DNA from: Catajapyx aquilonaris
Taxonomy: Eukaryota
Length of the DNA: 64,000 nucleotides
Assembly: GCA_000934665.2 (NCBI GenBank)
Contig: KZ538347.1
Span: forward strand, 1-64,000
Direction: 5' to 3'
Below the pieces are notes generated by a model that had not been told where the DNA came from, ran no database searches, and worked only from the letters and a program-made list of their open reading frames with translations. Position 1 is the first letter of the stretch, and every line of letters starts with the position of its first letter. The position numbers and the translations under genes were made by a program. Shown in pieces: positions 53,701-64,000 of this stretch.

Positions 53701-56700
53701 ACAACAACAACACCGCAATACCTCAACGCGCTTGTTTTTCACCCGCGTATTCATATAACTGTCCGTTTGCAGGTTTTAGCTTAAGAGCCCAATCATAACC
53801 CTGCAGCCGGACGTGCCAGTCATAAAAAGATGTACAGTACAACGCCCGCGAGCCCAGATAATAAAACCCTAGCTGAAAAGAATCCGATGCAAGTACCAGT
53901 TCCCTCCGGTCTATTCCTGCCTCCCGGAAGCTTCTCGTCAAGAACTCCCATTTCCCCGTACGCTGGTTGACGTCAAAAAGCAAGGTGGAAGCCAAGTTGC
54001 ACCACACTGCACCCGGTGAGATCAAGGCTAATTCGGGAAAGTCCCAAAACAAGCCAAACGCCATTCAAGCTTTAGTCGGCTTGGCTCCAGGCCCAAGTCT
54101 CCCCAAAAAGTAGACTGGTGGTCAGTGTTTCTTGCGACCGAAATTTTGACCGATAGTGCAGCATTCTTCCACTTTTTTTTTCACCCCGCAGGTCCAGCCA
54201 CAACAACTAAAAAGGTGGCTGCATTATGTTATTTGGCTGATGTCGGTTCCGGATTAGAGAATGACTGATGGGATTGCACTTTGCATTACTTTCCCATGGC
54301 CGCGGTCCTCCCCATGGGTCTTTCCCCATAACATGAAATGAAATTCAAAGTTGGCAGCGGTCCAGCCCCAGGTCCGCCATTCACTGCCCTGAATGAAACG
54401 ATAGCTCCCACTTCCTCCCTGCAGTGCAAAATTATTATGACGGCAAAAGAGAAATAGATGTTCATTCATTTAGGGGAAACGCCAGATCCACTCAACTACA
54501 GTGGGTCCCAAAATAACAAGGAAGAGGGGGCCCATGCATCAGAAATGAATCTGGGAACCCAGCTTCAGCGAACGTGACCAGACCAGCCAATGACCGGATA
54601 ATTAGACGCCGGACTTTCCCAAAATTAACTCCGGACCACAACGCAACTGGACAGTTTCCTGTTGCGTCCCTCCTCATCTTTTCGCTCCCCCTCCTCCCTC
54701 CCTTAAAAAAAAAAAAGCCAGTGGGATTTTGGCCAAGGAAAAGGCAGCTCTGAACCCGTATTAAAGATGCTCGTCATGGGGTCCGGATTTTGTGGATTCC
54801 GGTCACGAGCGTTAATTCAAGCCACCTCGGCCTGCCAACTAATCCCGTTTTCTGTCGATTCCGCCGACTACTTGCCATGGTTCTGATCGCTGTCCGTCTG
54901 CACAGGTACAGTGATTTTTTTTTTTTCATTCCAAGGGGCGGGGGCGGGGATGCTAATTCGCAGCCTTCAGACATAAGATGTCGCCCTGGATATGAAAAAA
55001 AAGAAGGAAAAGGCGGGGGAGGGTCCGCAGGGAAAGGCTCTGTATAAACAGAGTCGAGTTTTAACAGGGCGGAATCAAGTCCTCATGAATAGTCATGGCG
55101 GCAGCAGGGATCCTCCTGGAGGTAGATGACTAGGTGGATGGTGGGTGGGGGGGAGGAGGAAGGGACCATTACCCCCAACGTGCCATAATTATCCATTCAA
55201 CCTGCAGCAGCAGCCGTTCGGCATCGGTGGGGCTCATTCGCCCACTTTTGCTGCTTCGTTTTTGCATAATTTCCCGAGGGTTTTCGACGGAGCGAAATCG
55301 CTCTCAGGTCCGTCGGGGGATGGGGGGGGGGGGGGGGNGGGGGGGGGGCCCTCTTCGATCCCCCTTCGATTCTGACCTCTTCTCTCATAAAAAAAAGTAC
55401 AAAAATTTTGGCCGGTTGGAGGGAAGGGAGGTCGACTCTCTCCCACGTGACTTTTCACTTTTCCCCACATTGTGAGCCTGAAAATTATCCGTAGAGACAC
55501 GCCCCTCCGATTCGCCTATGCGCAGTTTGCGACCGAAAAACTATCAGCGATTCCCATCTGGATTGGTTCAAATCCATTCGCCGGAGCATACTTTCGGCTC
55601 AAACCCGAACGGTTCTGTTGAATGGATTTACGCGTAATTTTGATTCATTATTAAAAATCAGTTTCCTTATCAAAGTATTCAGGCCGGTTCAACCTCAACA
55701 TACTAATAATGACAAAAAAAATACCCCTCGTCATCAATTACACACAGTAATTAGACCAGATACTATAAACTGAAGCCAAATTGTTCCCTCAGGGCCACAG
55801 AGTTCACTCAATAATAAAGAGCTACAGTTCAACTTAAATGATTACAGAACAGAGCTGCAATAGCCAATCGCAATCGACAGTTGTAATAATGACATGTTGA
55901 TCGCATGTTATTGTGGGATGAACATCTGCAGTGGAAACTAATGATCTGCCCTAACGCCTTTCCCAATTGCAATCCGAGTTACAGGGCTTGAAAGCCCATC
56001 TCTTCCTCATGCCCCGGCCAAAAATTATCAGCGAGCTATCCCAACCTGGGTTACACGAGAGAAATCTTCGCCTCCCACCCTTCTCTCTTCCTCCCAGGCC
56101 CAGTTTTAGAGTCCAAGGGCTCAATTTGACTGCCTCCCCGGCGCTTTTATTAACTAATTGCTGGTCCGGGTGAACCCTGATGTCTTCTTTTACGGCGCAG
56201 AAGTACGAGGTAATCGCTCCTAAATGCAAGTTGAAAAGACCGTCCCTGGCCCTATTTCCACCGGCACCCTGATGAATTATTGCAGGCTTCCAGGTCCAGG
56301 TGAGCGCCTTTCAAATGGGAGAAAAAAAAAGAGAGAAGCAACTCTGCGCAAAACTGCGATCCCCATAAAACCTGGGGAGCCCAACACGCCACTAACTGAA
56401 ATAAGTGCGCATCTGTTTTGCACCCTTTGCAGTCATCAGTCACTTCAGCAGGGCCCTGCCTGCAACAATCGCTCCGTCACAAAAGGAGCCGAAGCGACAG
56501 GCCCTAAAACGTAAACAAGCCGGAGGGGTGATGCATGGCGCCCCATTAGGTTTCATAATTGGAATCGGGGAAAGCCCGGGCCATTTACCAATGTCATTCC
56601 CTCACACCCACCCCTCTGGACCCCAAAAGCGCCCAACAGACACCCAATCCAGGTAGTTATCCCCAGCCAGAGTATAGGTTAGGTTAGTCCAAAAGTGGAA

Positions 56701-59700
56701 TATTATACGTCATACACATTCGGAATATAAATTCATGTTTGTCCTGGCATCGAGCAACAAGGTGGTGGTGTCAAACTCACAGATTTCCTGTAGGTGTTTA
56801 GCGGGTCAAGAGGCGCGCCTTGTCTGGCCGTAAACGTCGGCGTAACTTGTCCGCACACATCCAGGCCCTCCCCAAATAAGTGCCGGGCCGGTGTCTCCGG
56901 AGACCATAACACAATTGGGATCCTCTCGTTCCTCTCTCCGGGCCTTCCCCATTCCTCACCCCGGAGAGAAGAAAAAGAGGCGCCGGCGCCCATGAAAAGA
57001 GAGCAGCCCAGGCTCCGGAGCCTTGATTTGTGGAATCATCCCTCCCCACCAAAGTCTCCGCCTTGTTTCATTTGCGGGGGGGCCTCAAGATGCCCCGAGG
57101 AAATCGCCGGGGGATATAAAACCAGGGCGCCATAACTCTCCAGGACGGACGCCCCAACCCAACACCTGAAACCTCCATCAAGAGTGGGGGGGAGCCTCCA
57201 CCCCGAAGAAAATGGCTAGCTTGCTGGAGAGAAGAGGGGAGGGGGGGATGCTGTGGAGGATCACCACTCCCAGACACCCGACCTGATTTATTACCACCCT
57301 ACACTCCAGGATTAACTTCCTTAATCGGAAACCCAACTAGTTGCACTTATTCTCCCTCGTGGTTCATATCGCGTTTCGAACCGGAATCGCCGCCCAGATG
57401 GGGGCCTTCAAAGCAATAATGCTGCACATGCACTGATATATCAATCTGAAAGTTTGTCGGTATGTATGTCACGGCTACCTAACCCACTTCCGGACTATTG
57501 AGCACGCTGAAACTTTGCACACTGACGTCTTACGTGCTTGGTAACTTTCCTCTAATAATAATTTACAAAGCGTCAGTTTCTTCGGAGGATAAGCTATCTT
57601 CGGCAGAGGTGTAACTCATGTCGATAGCGAGCAAAAGGTGGGCGCGTATCACTCGGAATAATAGTTGGATGCCTCGAAGCGTGGCCCATTTTCTTTCCCC
57701 GCATTTTTCTCTTTTCGCTTCCACCGCACCGGGGAGAAGCGGCAGAAATTACACGGGCGATTAGGGCGGTTAAAGTAATCATCGGCGAGTTTCTTTTTTT
57801 CCCTTCTTGTGTTGCGCGAAAAAGGAAGTAGAAGGAAGGCAGCACTAGGGGAGAGAGAGAGAGAGAGGACCAGCTTCCCGGAGACCGTAAATTTATTCCC
57901 TCCTGATATGAAGCCGCGGGACTAAGGCGATGCCCGCTTAGACGAATGACGTTTACGAGCCTCTGCGGGATAGTTAGGGCTGGATGCCGACAGCTGGGGC
58001 CTGCTTTTTTCTTCTTCTTTTCCAACGCAGAACACCAGCAATAGCCGGCTGAAAACATATCTCCGCCTCTAATGTTAGGTCACCAGTGCGTGCGAGCTCA
58101 GCCTTCTGAGAAGATGGCAATCGTGTCTAGTCAGCAACTGATTCGGTTTGTGACCTACAAAGTGTTGCCATATGTGTGTACGAAGCTGAAACACACTCCA
58201 TCACGTCGAGTCACCTGACAGGTCTCGTCGGTCTCGAGGCCGCGGACAAAAGGCGTCGACGACCCTATAAACGAAGCCTTCCATTTCATCCCCTTCAGGT
58301 CTCCTTGAAAGCATCCGTCCCACCTTTTAAAAATATTGCGCCTAATGCCCCTCCCTCCCTCAACCTTCGATTTCTCTCGTAACCCAATTGACCCCGGGTC
58401 TCCGTTTCTTTTTTTTTTTCCCCACCGGCTTTTAACCTCCATATGGAAAATTGCAATTCCCGCAACCAACCCTGCCGCACAGCAAGCGGAGTAATGTCAC
58501 AGGCGGAGTCCCGCGGTTTGAAATATCTGCCGACAGCGCGCCTCTGATGAAATAAACCAGGGGGGTCGGCACCAACGGTACCTATACCGACACATCTCCA
58601 GGCATTTTTCAAACAAGTAATCCTCAGTACACACACACAGAGAGTGTGCTGGGGAGAGATACGGTGTCGCCAAATCCGGGGTGTCAAATATTCGCGACAT
58701 TCCCACCCACAGAGAAAGAAAGTCGCTCAGACAATATTCGCCTGCTGGAGTGATAAATACCAGAGTCTAACACCCTCTGAAAACCTATCACAGCTGGTTA
58801 TTTCGGGTTGGTGCGTATATTTTTGCTTTAAAAAAAATCCGGCCGGCGTCTGGCAATTTTGGAAATGATTCAAGCACCAACACGGTTTTCCCACCCCTCC
58901 CTTTGCCCCCCCCCCCCCCCCCCCCNACCATTTCAAAGACAAACCCAGGCCAAACATTTGCCCTCTGCAAATACACGTCTCACTCGTCCAGGAAACCAAA
59001 CATTTTCCGTCAGAGAAACGTGCTTGGTGGACATGGTCAACAAACGATCTCCGGAAAATGGCGGGTCAGGCCTCAGGAGATTCCGGCCCCGAACAACTGA
59101 CGGCAGAGCCGGAAAAAAAAGGACACGCCGAAAAAAAAAGAGTGGTGGTGCTCAGTGCTAAAAACATTGGGTGGACACCTAACCAGCTTCCTTGCCCAAA
59201 CAAGATCTCGTCACGGTGACAGGGATCTTTTTTTCTCATTCTCTCTCTCTCTCTTTCTATCTTCCAAACTACCTTTAAGCTGATCTGAAACATGGGGGCT
59301 GATTTCCGGAACCTGCTACGTGCCCGCCAAAATGCAATTTCGTCAGACGTGACCGGCTCTAATAATTCTTATCCCAGGTCTGGTGTCCAAATATAAAAGA
59401 GGAGCACCTACGCACATGATATTTCAGTGTCCTTCTCTCTCTGATCAGAACCCGAGACAATTCCAGCATCCCATCCGGGTATGTTCGCACAACCCGATCG
59501 ATTGCTCTAATAATTGCTCAGCTAATGAGATCACCGAACAATGTGGTAATAGGCAGATCGGCCATAAAGTAATCGCTAATGCGCGGATTACATATCAAAC
59601 AAGCATTCTCTCCCATTTTATCACCACGGAGAGCAGACCATGCACACACCGTATCTGCCTCCCCGCATTTTTTGTTTTCCGTGTGTACGCGCACATGCTT

Positions 59701-62472
59701 ATGGTGTTATGTTCCGCATCAGGAGAGCATTGAGAGGAAAATTAATAAACCGCCAACACCAGTGCCATTGAGGTCTCAGCCCCTCTCGATCCAGCAACCC
59801 GGCGATCAAGTGATGCGGAGTGGTCAACAGTCCAGGATAAACATTGGGGTTTTTTCCCCATATACCGCAACAAACGCACGTATATGGTCGTGCACCAGCA
59901 GCTGAGACGAAGACAGTATACAGGTTGTCTCTCGAGATGTTCCCGTGTTCCGCCAACCGGGACGCTAAGCAACCGGCCACAATGGCTTTCCTAGTCGTTT
60001 GTGCAGGTCGTCTCATCCACCCCCTTCCTCCCTTCCCTATTCTCGCCCACACAGAGGACTACAACCTGGTTTAATTCGCACCTTCCAAAAAATCATGATG
60101 AGGCCACTCGTCCGGGGGCAATTCCACTCCTCGACCCAGCATGAAATGCAGGGCCCCACGAAGGGAAATCCCCGCAGCCAAAGCCACAGTTATTGCCCCC
60201 CCCCCCCCCCCCCCCCNNNNNNNNNNNNNNNNNNNNNNNNNNNNNNNNNNNNNNNNNNNNNNNNNNNNNNNNNNNNNNNNNNNNNNNNNNNNNNNNNNNN
60301 NNNNNNNNNNNNNNNNNNNNNNNNNNNNNNNNNNNNNNNNNNNNNNGGGGGGGGGGGGACTGAACACAAGGAAACTGTCTGTCTCCGACGCCCATTCTGC
60401 AAAATCCCCCCGACGCCGACGACGCCTTGGTCAATAGCCCGGCGTTCGCACGGTCCGACGCTCCTTCTGGATGCGACGATGCATATCGCGGTGAGCGATT
60501 GTGTCAACAGAGTAATCAAGTCCAGGCCGCGCCGGATCCGCATCGGACTAAAATCTCGCGGACACTCGCCTCTGACTGGTGAATATTTTAGGTATGAGTG
60601 ATTACCTCCAGTTTCTAGACTATACCTTTATTATAACGGAGCAGTCAGGAAATGACGCTGGTCAAAAAATTCGAGGAGTGACTAACTCGAAGGCATTTCC
60701 TGGATCGTGAAAGTTCGCCCATCTGTGGCCGCAAAAACGACTTGCAGCACTTGCAATTACAACGGGCAGGAAACAACCATGCAGGTGCTTCCGACAGGTG
60801 CACCTAAGCAAACTGCTGAAGAAATAACAATTTTTATTGCCCTTTTCCTTTACTCCCACCACCCACTCTGAATATAAAAAGGAAGAGGTGGAACCTGCTA
60901 GTAAATTATTCTGAGCTCCAGAGTCCGAAGACGCCTGGAGTCCAGGCCGCCCCGGATGCAAATCTCTGGAACCAGCCCGGAATATTGTAATGCCCCGAGG
61001 CGCCACAGGCCCCCAAGGTCTGGCCCTCGCTTCCTACTAGTTTACATGGCCCCCTGCACACCTTACACATCGGACCAATCAACTAGGTGCGCCTCCTTCC
61101 GCATCTTAAAAAAAAATAGCGAAGGGGAAAGGAATATACACGTAGAAGAGGACGATAAATCGTAAGGAGGAACACCGCCGAAGTGAGAAATGCGCTTTTC
61201 GAATCTCTACAGCCACCGAATGCTGCTACTCCAGCCAACAGGGGATGGTGATTTATTTCCCCCCGATTCCTCTGCGCCAGGAGGCTATCTTTATCAACAC
61301 TCGTGTCGGCCAAAGTGACCGCAATTAAATGCGACGCATAATTTGAAACAAGAGGCATTGGCGTCAAAGGAAATGGAGCGATTAAAACGGAGCCAAAAGT
61401 GTGCTAATCGTACCTGATTTAGGGCCGGTTTCACCGAGCTCAGCATATTATAAATCCTATAGTTTCTTCTCGAAAAATACTGAGCTCGGTGAAACTGGCC
61501 CTTAGTAACATACATGATCATAAAATAAACCACGAGGCCTTTCTTTCCAACAGTAGAATCATTTTATTTGCTCATTATGAATTTTGTTATGAACGCAACC
61601 GAATGCGCACCTACACTCGCGCAAGTTTATTGTTCCGACACAACAACGTTGCCACAGCTACTCCTCAGGTTAGTTCCAGAGCCTTGGCAACATCGCCAAA
61701 GTCGGCCATGTCGTTATCCCCTCAAGGAAGCAATTTGCGTGAACTGTGTTGCGCACTCGGTTGCGCTCACTTAAAAAATTCATTTACAACTGTCCGTCAA
61801 TTTCAGTTTAATAATATTAACATAAAAATAACGACAGTCTAGGAATGAACTTTCCGGGTCTTTCCTGTCTAAAATTTTCGTCCGGTCTGACCCGCGTTTG
61901 GTAGGAGAAAAAAATTCCCCCTTGGATGGACCTTTAATCCCGATGTCCCCCCCGGAAGACGAGTAGGTTGAGGCCAATCTGGACGTCGATAACCGGACGC
62001 AAGTAGCCCACCCTTGCCTCATCAATTACGTTGGGCTTACGACAGCCCAGCTGCGAACACGGATTTCTTTTCCTCTTTTCCCCCCCTACCATCACTTCCT
62101 TCCCAGATTTTAGGGTTATGGAATAGTCCCGGAGACCGCAGCCGAGCAAAGTGTGCACTTCTCTCTCTCAATGTCACACCATCTCGTTACGGAGCTCCCC
62201 GAGTCCGCAAACGTCATTTCCTCAGATTCCCAGACTCTCCGGACCCGGGTCCGAAAGTTATCTCAAAGTCAGACTTCATTAAAGGGAGGGGGGACCCGGT
62301 GTCAGAATTATGTCTAACTCATCACTTCAGCATGAGTTGAAATTGCGACTGCATGCAGGCAGGTACGTACCTTCTTGGCATGGTTGTTGTTGTCCGTGTG
62401 GTTCGGCTGGGGGCTCATGACAGCGCCGTTGCTGACGGCCCCCGGCTGCGCCAAAAGCTCGTCCGACCCCCG
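11652..62472 (-). CDS. PTBP1: Polypyrimidine tract-binding protein (PTBP1/hephaestus orthologue), multi-exon gene, probably 5'-incomplete; join(62371-62472,53342-53497,33880-34026,27138-27275,22214-22265,20470-20528,17238-17412,16392-16481,14945-15078,13444-13477,12391-12483,12097-12313,11950-12027,11803-11866,11652-11720)
   Basis: 15 exons with GT-AG boundaries and compatible phases splice to one ORF of about 535 aa. Hallmark PTB motifs: [16 protein letters not shown]...[95 protein letters not shown]. Confidence 0.97.
11803..11866 (-). CDS. PTBP1: PTB RRM4 exon (64 nt): [21 protein letters not shown]
   Basis: aattgtag|C ... ATT|gtaagt, phase 2/0; KDRKMALIQ motif. Confidence 0.95.
11950..12027 (-). 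CDS. PTBP1: PTB RRM4 exon (78 nt): [25 protein letters not shown](P)
   Basis: tatttcag|A ... CC|gtgagt, phase 2/2. Confidence 0.95.
12097..12313 (-). CDS. PTBP1: PTB exon, end of RRM3 to start of RRM4 (217 nt): [72 protein letters not shown](P)
   Basis: cgttcag|CT ... CC|gttagt, phase 1/2. Confidence 0.97.
12391..12483 (-). CDS. PTBP1: PTB RRM3 exon (93 nt): [31 protein letters not shown]
   Basis: tacgcag|GA ... CTTG|gtaagt, phase 1/1. Confidence 0.97.
13385..13415. repeat. (TAAG)n tandem repeat just downstream of the 34-nt exon donor
   Basis: gtaataagtaagtaagtaagtaaataagtaaa. Confidence 0.85.
13444..13477 (-). CDS. PTBP1: PTB 34-nt RRM3 exon: [11 protein letters not shown](G)
   Basis: ccaccgtgtag|ATGGTCACGCCTGACGCTCTCTTTACCCTTTTTG|gtacgt. 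Required to keep frame between the phase-0 donor at 14945 and the phase-1 acceptor at 12483. Not visible in the ORF track. Confidence 0.95.
13480..13655 (-). promoter_or_regulatory. AG-exclusion zone / extended pyrimidine tract upstream of the 34-nt exon, with a distant branch-point candidate
   Basis: No AG on the minus strand for ~176 nt. It contains UCUUCUUCUC and CUCUCUC motifs. A GUAAU branch-like motif at ~13650-13654 is followed by a long U tract. Confidence 0.7.
14945..15078 (-). CDS. PTBP1: PTB exon, linker and start of RRM3 (134/131/128 nt): [45 protein letters not shown]
   Basis: Acceptor cttccag|cag|cag, donor GAG|gtgcgt; VLLVTNLN is the first RRM3 strand. Confidence 0.92.
16392..16481 (-). 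CDS. PTBP1: PTB RRM2-RRM3 linker exon (90 nt, symmetric phase 1/1, likely cassette): [30 protein letters not shown]
   Basis: cctcgatag|GT ... GGAG|gtaggc. In frame; the PGVLASPFA peptide resembles the vertebrate PTBP1 exon 9 linker (PGIISASPYA). A second in-frame acceptor gives an exon start at 16511. Confidence 0.8.
17238..17412 (-). CDS. PTBP1: PTB exon, end of RRM2 (175 nt): [58 protein letters not shown]
   Basis: ttttgcag|TCT ... TCGG|gtaagg, phase 0/1; [14 protein letters not shown] motif. Confidence 0.96.
19650..19770. repeat. 14-bp perfect inverted repeat followed by ~3.5 copies of a ~27-28-bp unit (AACAARATGGCGTC...TTCCGG)
   Basis: GACGCCATTTTGTT (19650-19663) pairs with AACAAAATGGCGTC (19675-19688); tandem units follow. 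Confidence 0.75.
20470..20528 (-). CDS. PTBP1: PTB RRM2 exon (59 nt): (N)[19 protein letters not shown]
   Basis: tatttccag|AC ... TTG|gtgagt, phase 1/0. Confidence 0.95.
22214..22265 (-). CDS. PTBP1: PTB RRM2 exon (52 nt): [17 protein letters not shown]
   Basis: ttctttccag|ATC ... AACA|gtgagt, phase 0/1. Confidence 0.95.
27138..27275 (-). CDS. PTBP1: PTB exon, linker and start of RRM2 (138 nt): [46 protein letters not shown]
   Basis: ttgttacag|AAC ... CAG|gtaagg; AQAALQA and YPVTLDVL motifs. Confidence 0.96.
33880..34026 (-). CDS. PTBP1: PTB exon, RRM1 second half (147 nt): [49 protein letters not shown]
   Basis: ctttgcag|GCT ... GCG|gtaagt; conserved [11 protein letters not shown] motif. 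Confidence 0.96.
49970..49993. repeat. (GA)n microsatellite (CU tract in the pre-mRNA)
   Basis: About 12 GA units seen directly. Confidence 0.9.
53342..53497 (-). CDS. PTBP1: PTB exon, RRM1 first half (156 nt): [52 protein letters not shown]
   Basis: tttacag|GTG ... CAG|gtaaga, phase 0/0; RRM1 motif. Confidence 0.96.
60217..60346. other. Assembly gap (130 N)
   Basis: Run of N flanked by poly-C on the left and poly-G on the right. Confidence 0.99.
62371..62472 (-). CDS. PTBP1: PTB N-terminal exon (102 nt): [34 protein letters not shown]
   Basis: Acceptor ttttttccttttgttacag, donor AAG|gtacgt, phase 0/0. RGSDEL matches the PTB N-terminal (K)RGSDEL motif; KK joins VKLE of the next exon to form a basic NLS-like stretch. 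Confidence 0.9.
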
Positions 62473-64000
62473 CTGTAACAAAAGGAAAAAAGAACATCAG
62501 AAGTAAAGAACGGCATCTCCCACCTAGTAGCAAAAATTCAGCATGACAAACGTCGACCCCAAATCGCCGTTTCTGTGATCCCCAACTCTGCCCCTGGTTT
62601 TTTCCAACTCTCTTTTCTCTTTCCCCCTGGAGGAGAAGACAGCAACCCATTTTTCTCACCTTCACGAGGCTTCGGGGAAATCATCTCCCAGGTCCAGATT
62701 GCCCTTCTTTCCCTTAGCCCACACCCGAAATTTCTACAAGCACAACCCCACAACTCGGGGCGCACTTCCGTCTGATTATCTTAATTGCGTCGTGTAATGT
62801 AAGACCGACATCTCATTACACTTAATTCCTATCCTGTCGCACAAGCCAGACCACAAGAATGCGGTCGCAGGGGGGGGGGGGGGCCTTTGATTAAGATGCA
62901 AAGGTATGGTGCTACTGGTGCTACTCTCTAAGACAGAAACCCAGTTTCCATCCATCTATCAGAGTCTATATAGCCAGGGAAGACTCCGCCTATTAATTAC
63001 ACGCCCAACTTGCCAAACCTGGGATAAGTGGTCGCGCCAGATGCAGCAAGGATTCATTCCCTGAAGGACGCATCTGCTCTGTTCCACACCCCCTCTCCAA
63101 GACCTGTCACTGCTTCAACTCTCTCAATCTCCCAAACGACAATGGTGTCCCTAATACCTTCGACTTGCACTTTGATTCAAGTGAACCAAGCCAAGATCGA
63201 TAAACAGGCCAGAATGATAACGGCGACATGGCTCCAATCATTTGTCACCATTCCTCCATCGAGGGTTACTAATGAGATGTGGAAGCCATGAGCGATGGCG
63301 GCTGCACCCCCGTCGCGCTCTATTTTTATACATATCGATACGTCCACCATATACAAAATGGGTCGGATATGACAAGCAATTTTACACTCAGGTTCTTTTT
63401 ATGTGCTGCAACAGCGGATACACTTTTCTATACCATAAGTCCAAAGCTCGCAACCTCAGACCTCGATGTTCAAGGACCAGCAAGTCCTCTCACATCGAAT
63501 GAATATGCCGGAATGGGTAATGATACCATTTGGATTTCCCCCTCTCCACCCTTGCACACACCATACACGCCGCGGGGACGTACTCAAAAGGACTTTTCAG
63601 AGAGAGAAGAGAGGAGGGGGGGTCCACTCGATTTTCCAAGTGCCTCCACCCCCTAGTCGCATTCATCGTAAAATGGACGAGTGTTAAAAGTTTACAGGGC
63701 AGTAGAGGGATACGTGAGTGGAGAATTGGGTGAAGTGTCGCCCACTCTTTGGACCCATCCCCTCCCCCAGCTATCCTTTCCCACTTTGCTCACTTTTCCC
63801 CATCAGGTGTGTACATGTGGCCACTCCGTAATTGCGACTCGTAAAAAGATGATGGGCCGATGTCCTCCAGGGAAATCCCACGCAACTTTTATGCGCCCAT
63901 GTCGACCTCCCCCCATTTTGAGCACCGCCATATCCCGCACTAATGTCACCAATGAATCGACAGAAAAATGGGACCAGCTATATATAATTTTTTTGTCACT

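Noticed and set aside
1..64000. Prokaryotic systems (CRISPR arrays, operons), tRNA and rRNA genes
   Set aside because: The sequence is a spliceosomal-intron-containing animal locus; no repeat-spacer array or structured RNA gene was recognised.

Overview
Eukaryotic, intron-rich animal DNA; the encoded protein looks protostome/arthropod-like, but the species cannot be identified from the sequence. About 51 kb is a single minus-strand gene for polypyrimidine tract-binding protein (PTBP1 / Drosophila hephaestus orthologue, four RRMs). I spliced 15 GT-AG exons by hand from 62472 down to the TAA at 11652-11654. They give one continuous frame of about 535 aa; the start-codon exon(s) probably lie beyond the right edge. 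The gene carries the 34-nt RRM3 exon (13444-13477). Its skipping makes a premature TGA, the known PTB autoregulatory AS-NMD switch of vertebrates, and here it is preceded by a ~176-nt AG-free zone. The RRM2-RRM3 linker has a frame-preserving cassette exon with two possible acceptors, followed by an exon with a CAGCAGCAG triple acceptor. A putative 4-6.4 kb U-rich 3'UTR holds clustered miR-8/200 and miR-124 seed matches. The first ~4.9 kb contain decayed LTR-retroelement remnants, including two env (baculovirus-F-like) fragments. Nearly all other ORFs in the track are spurious intronic or UTR ORFs.
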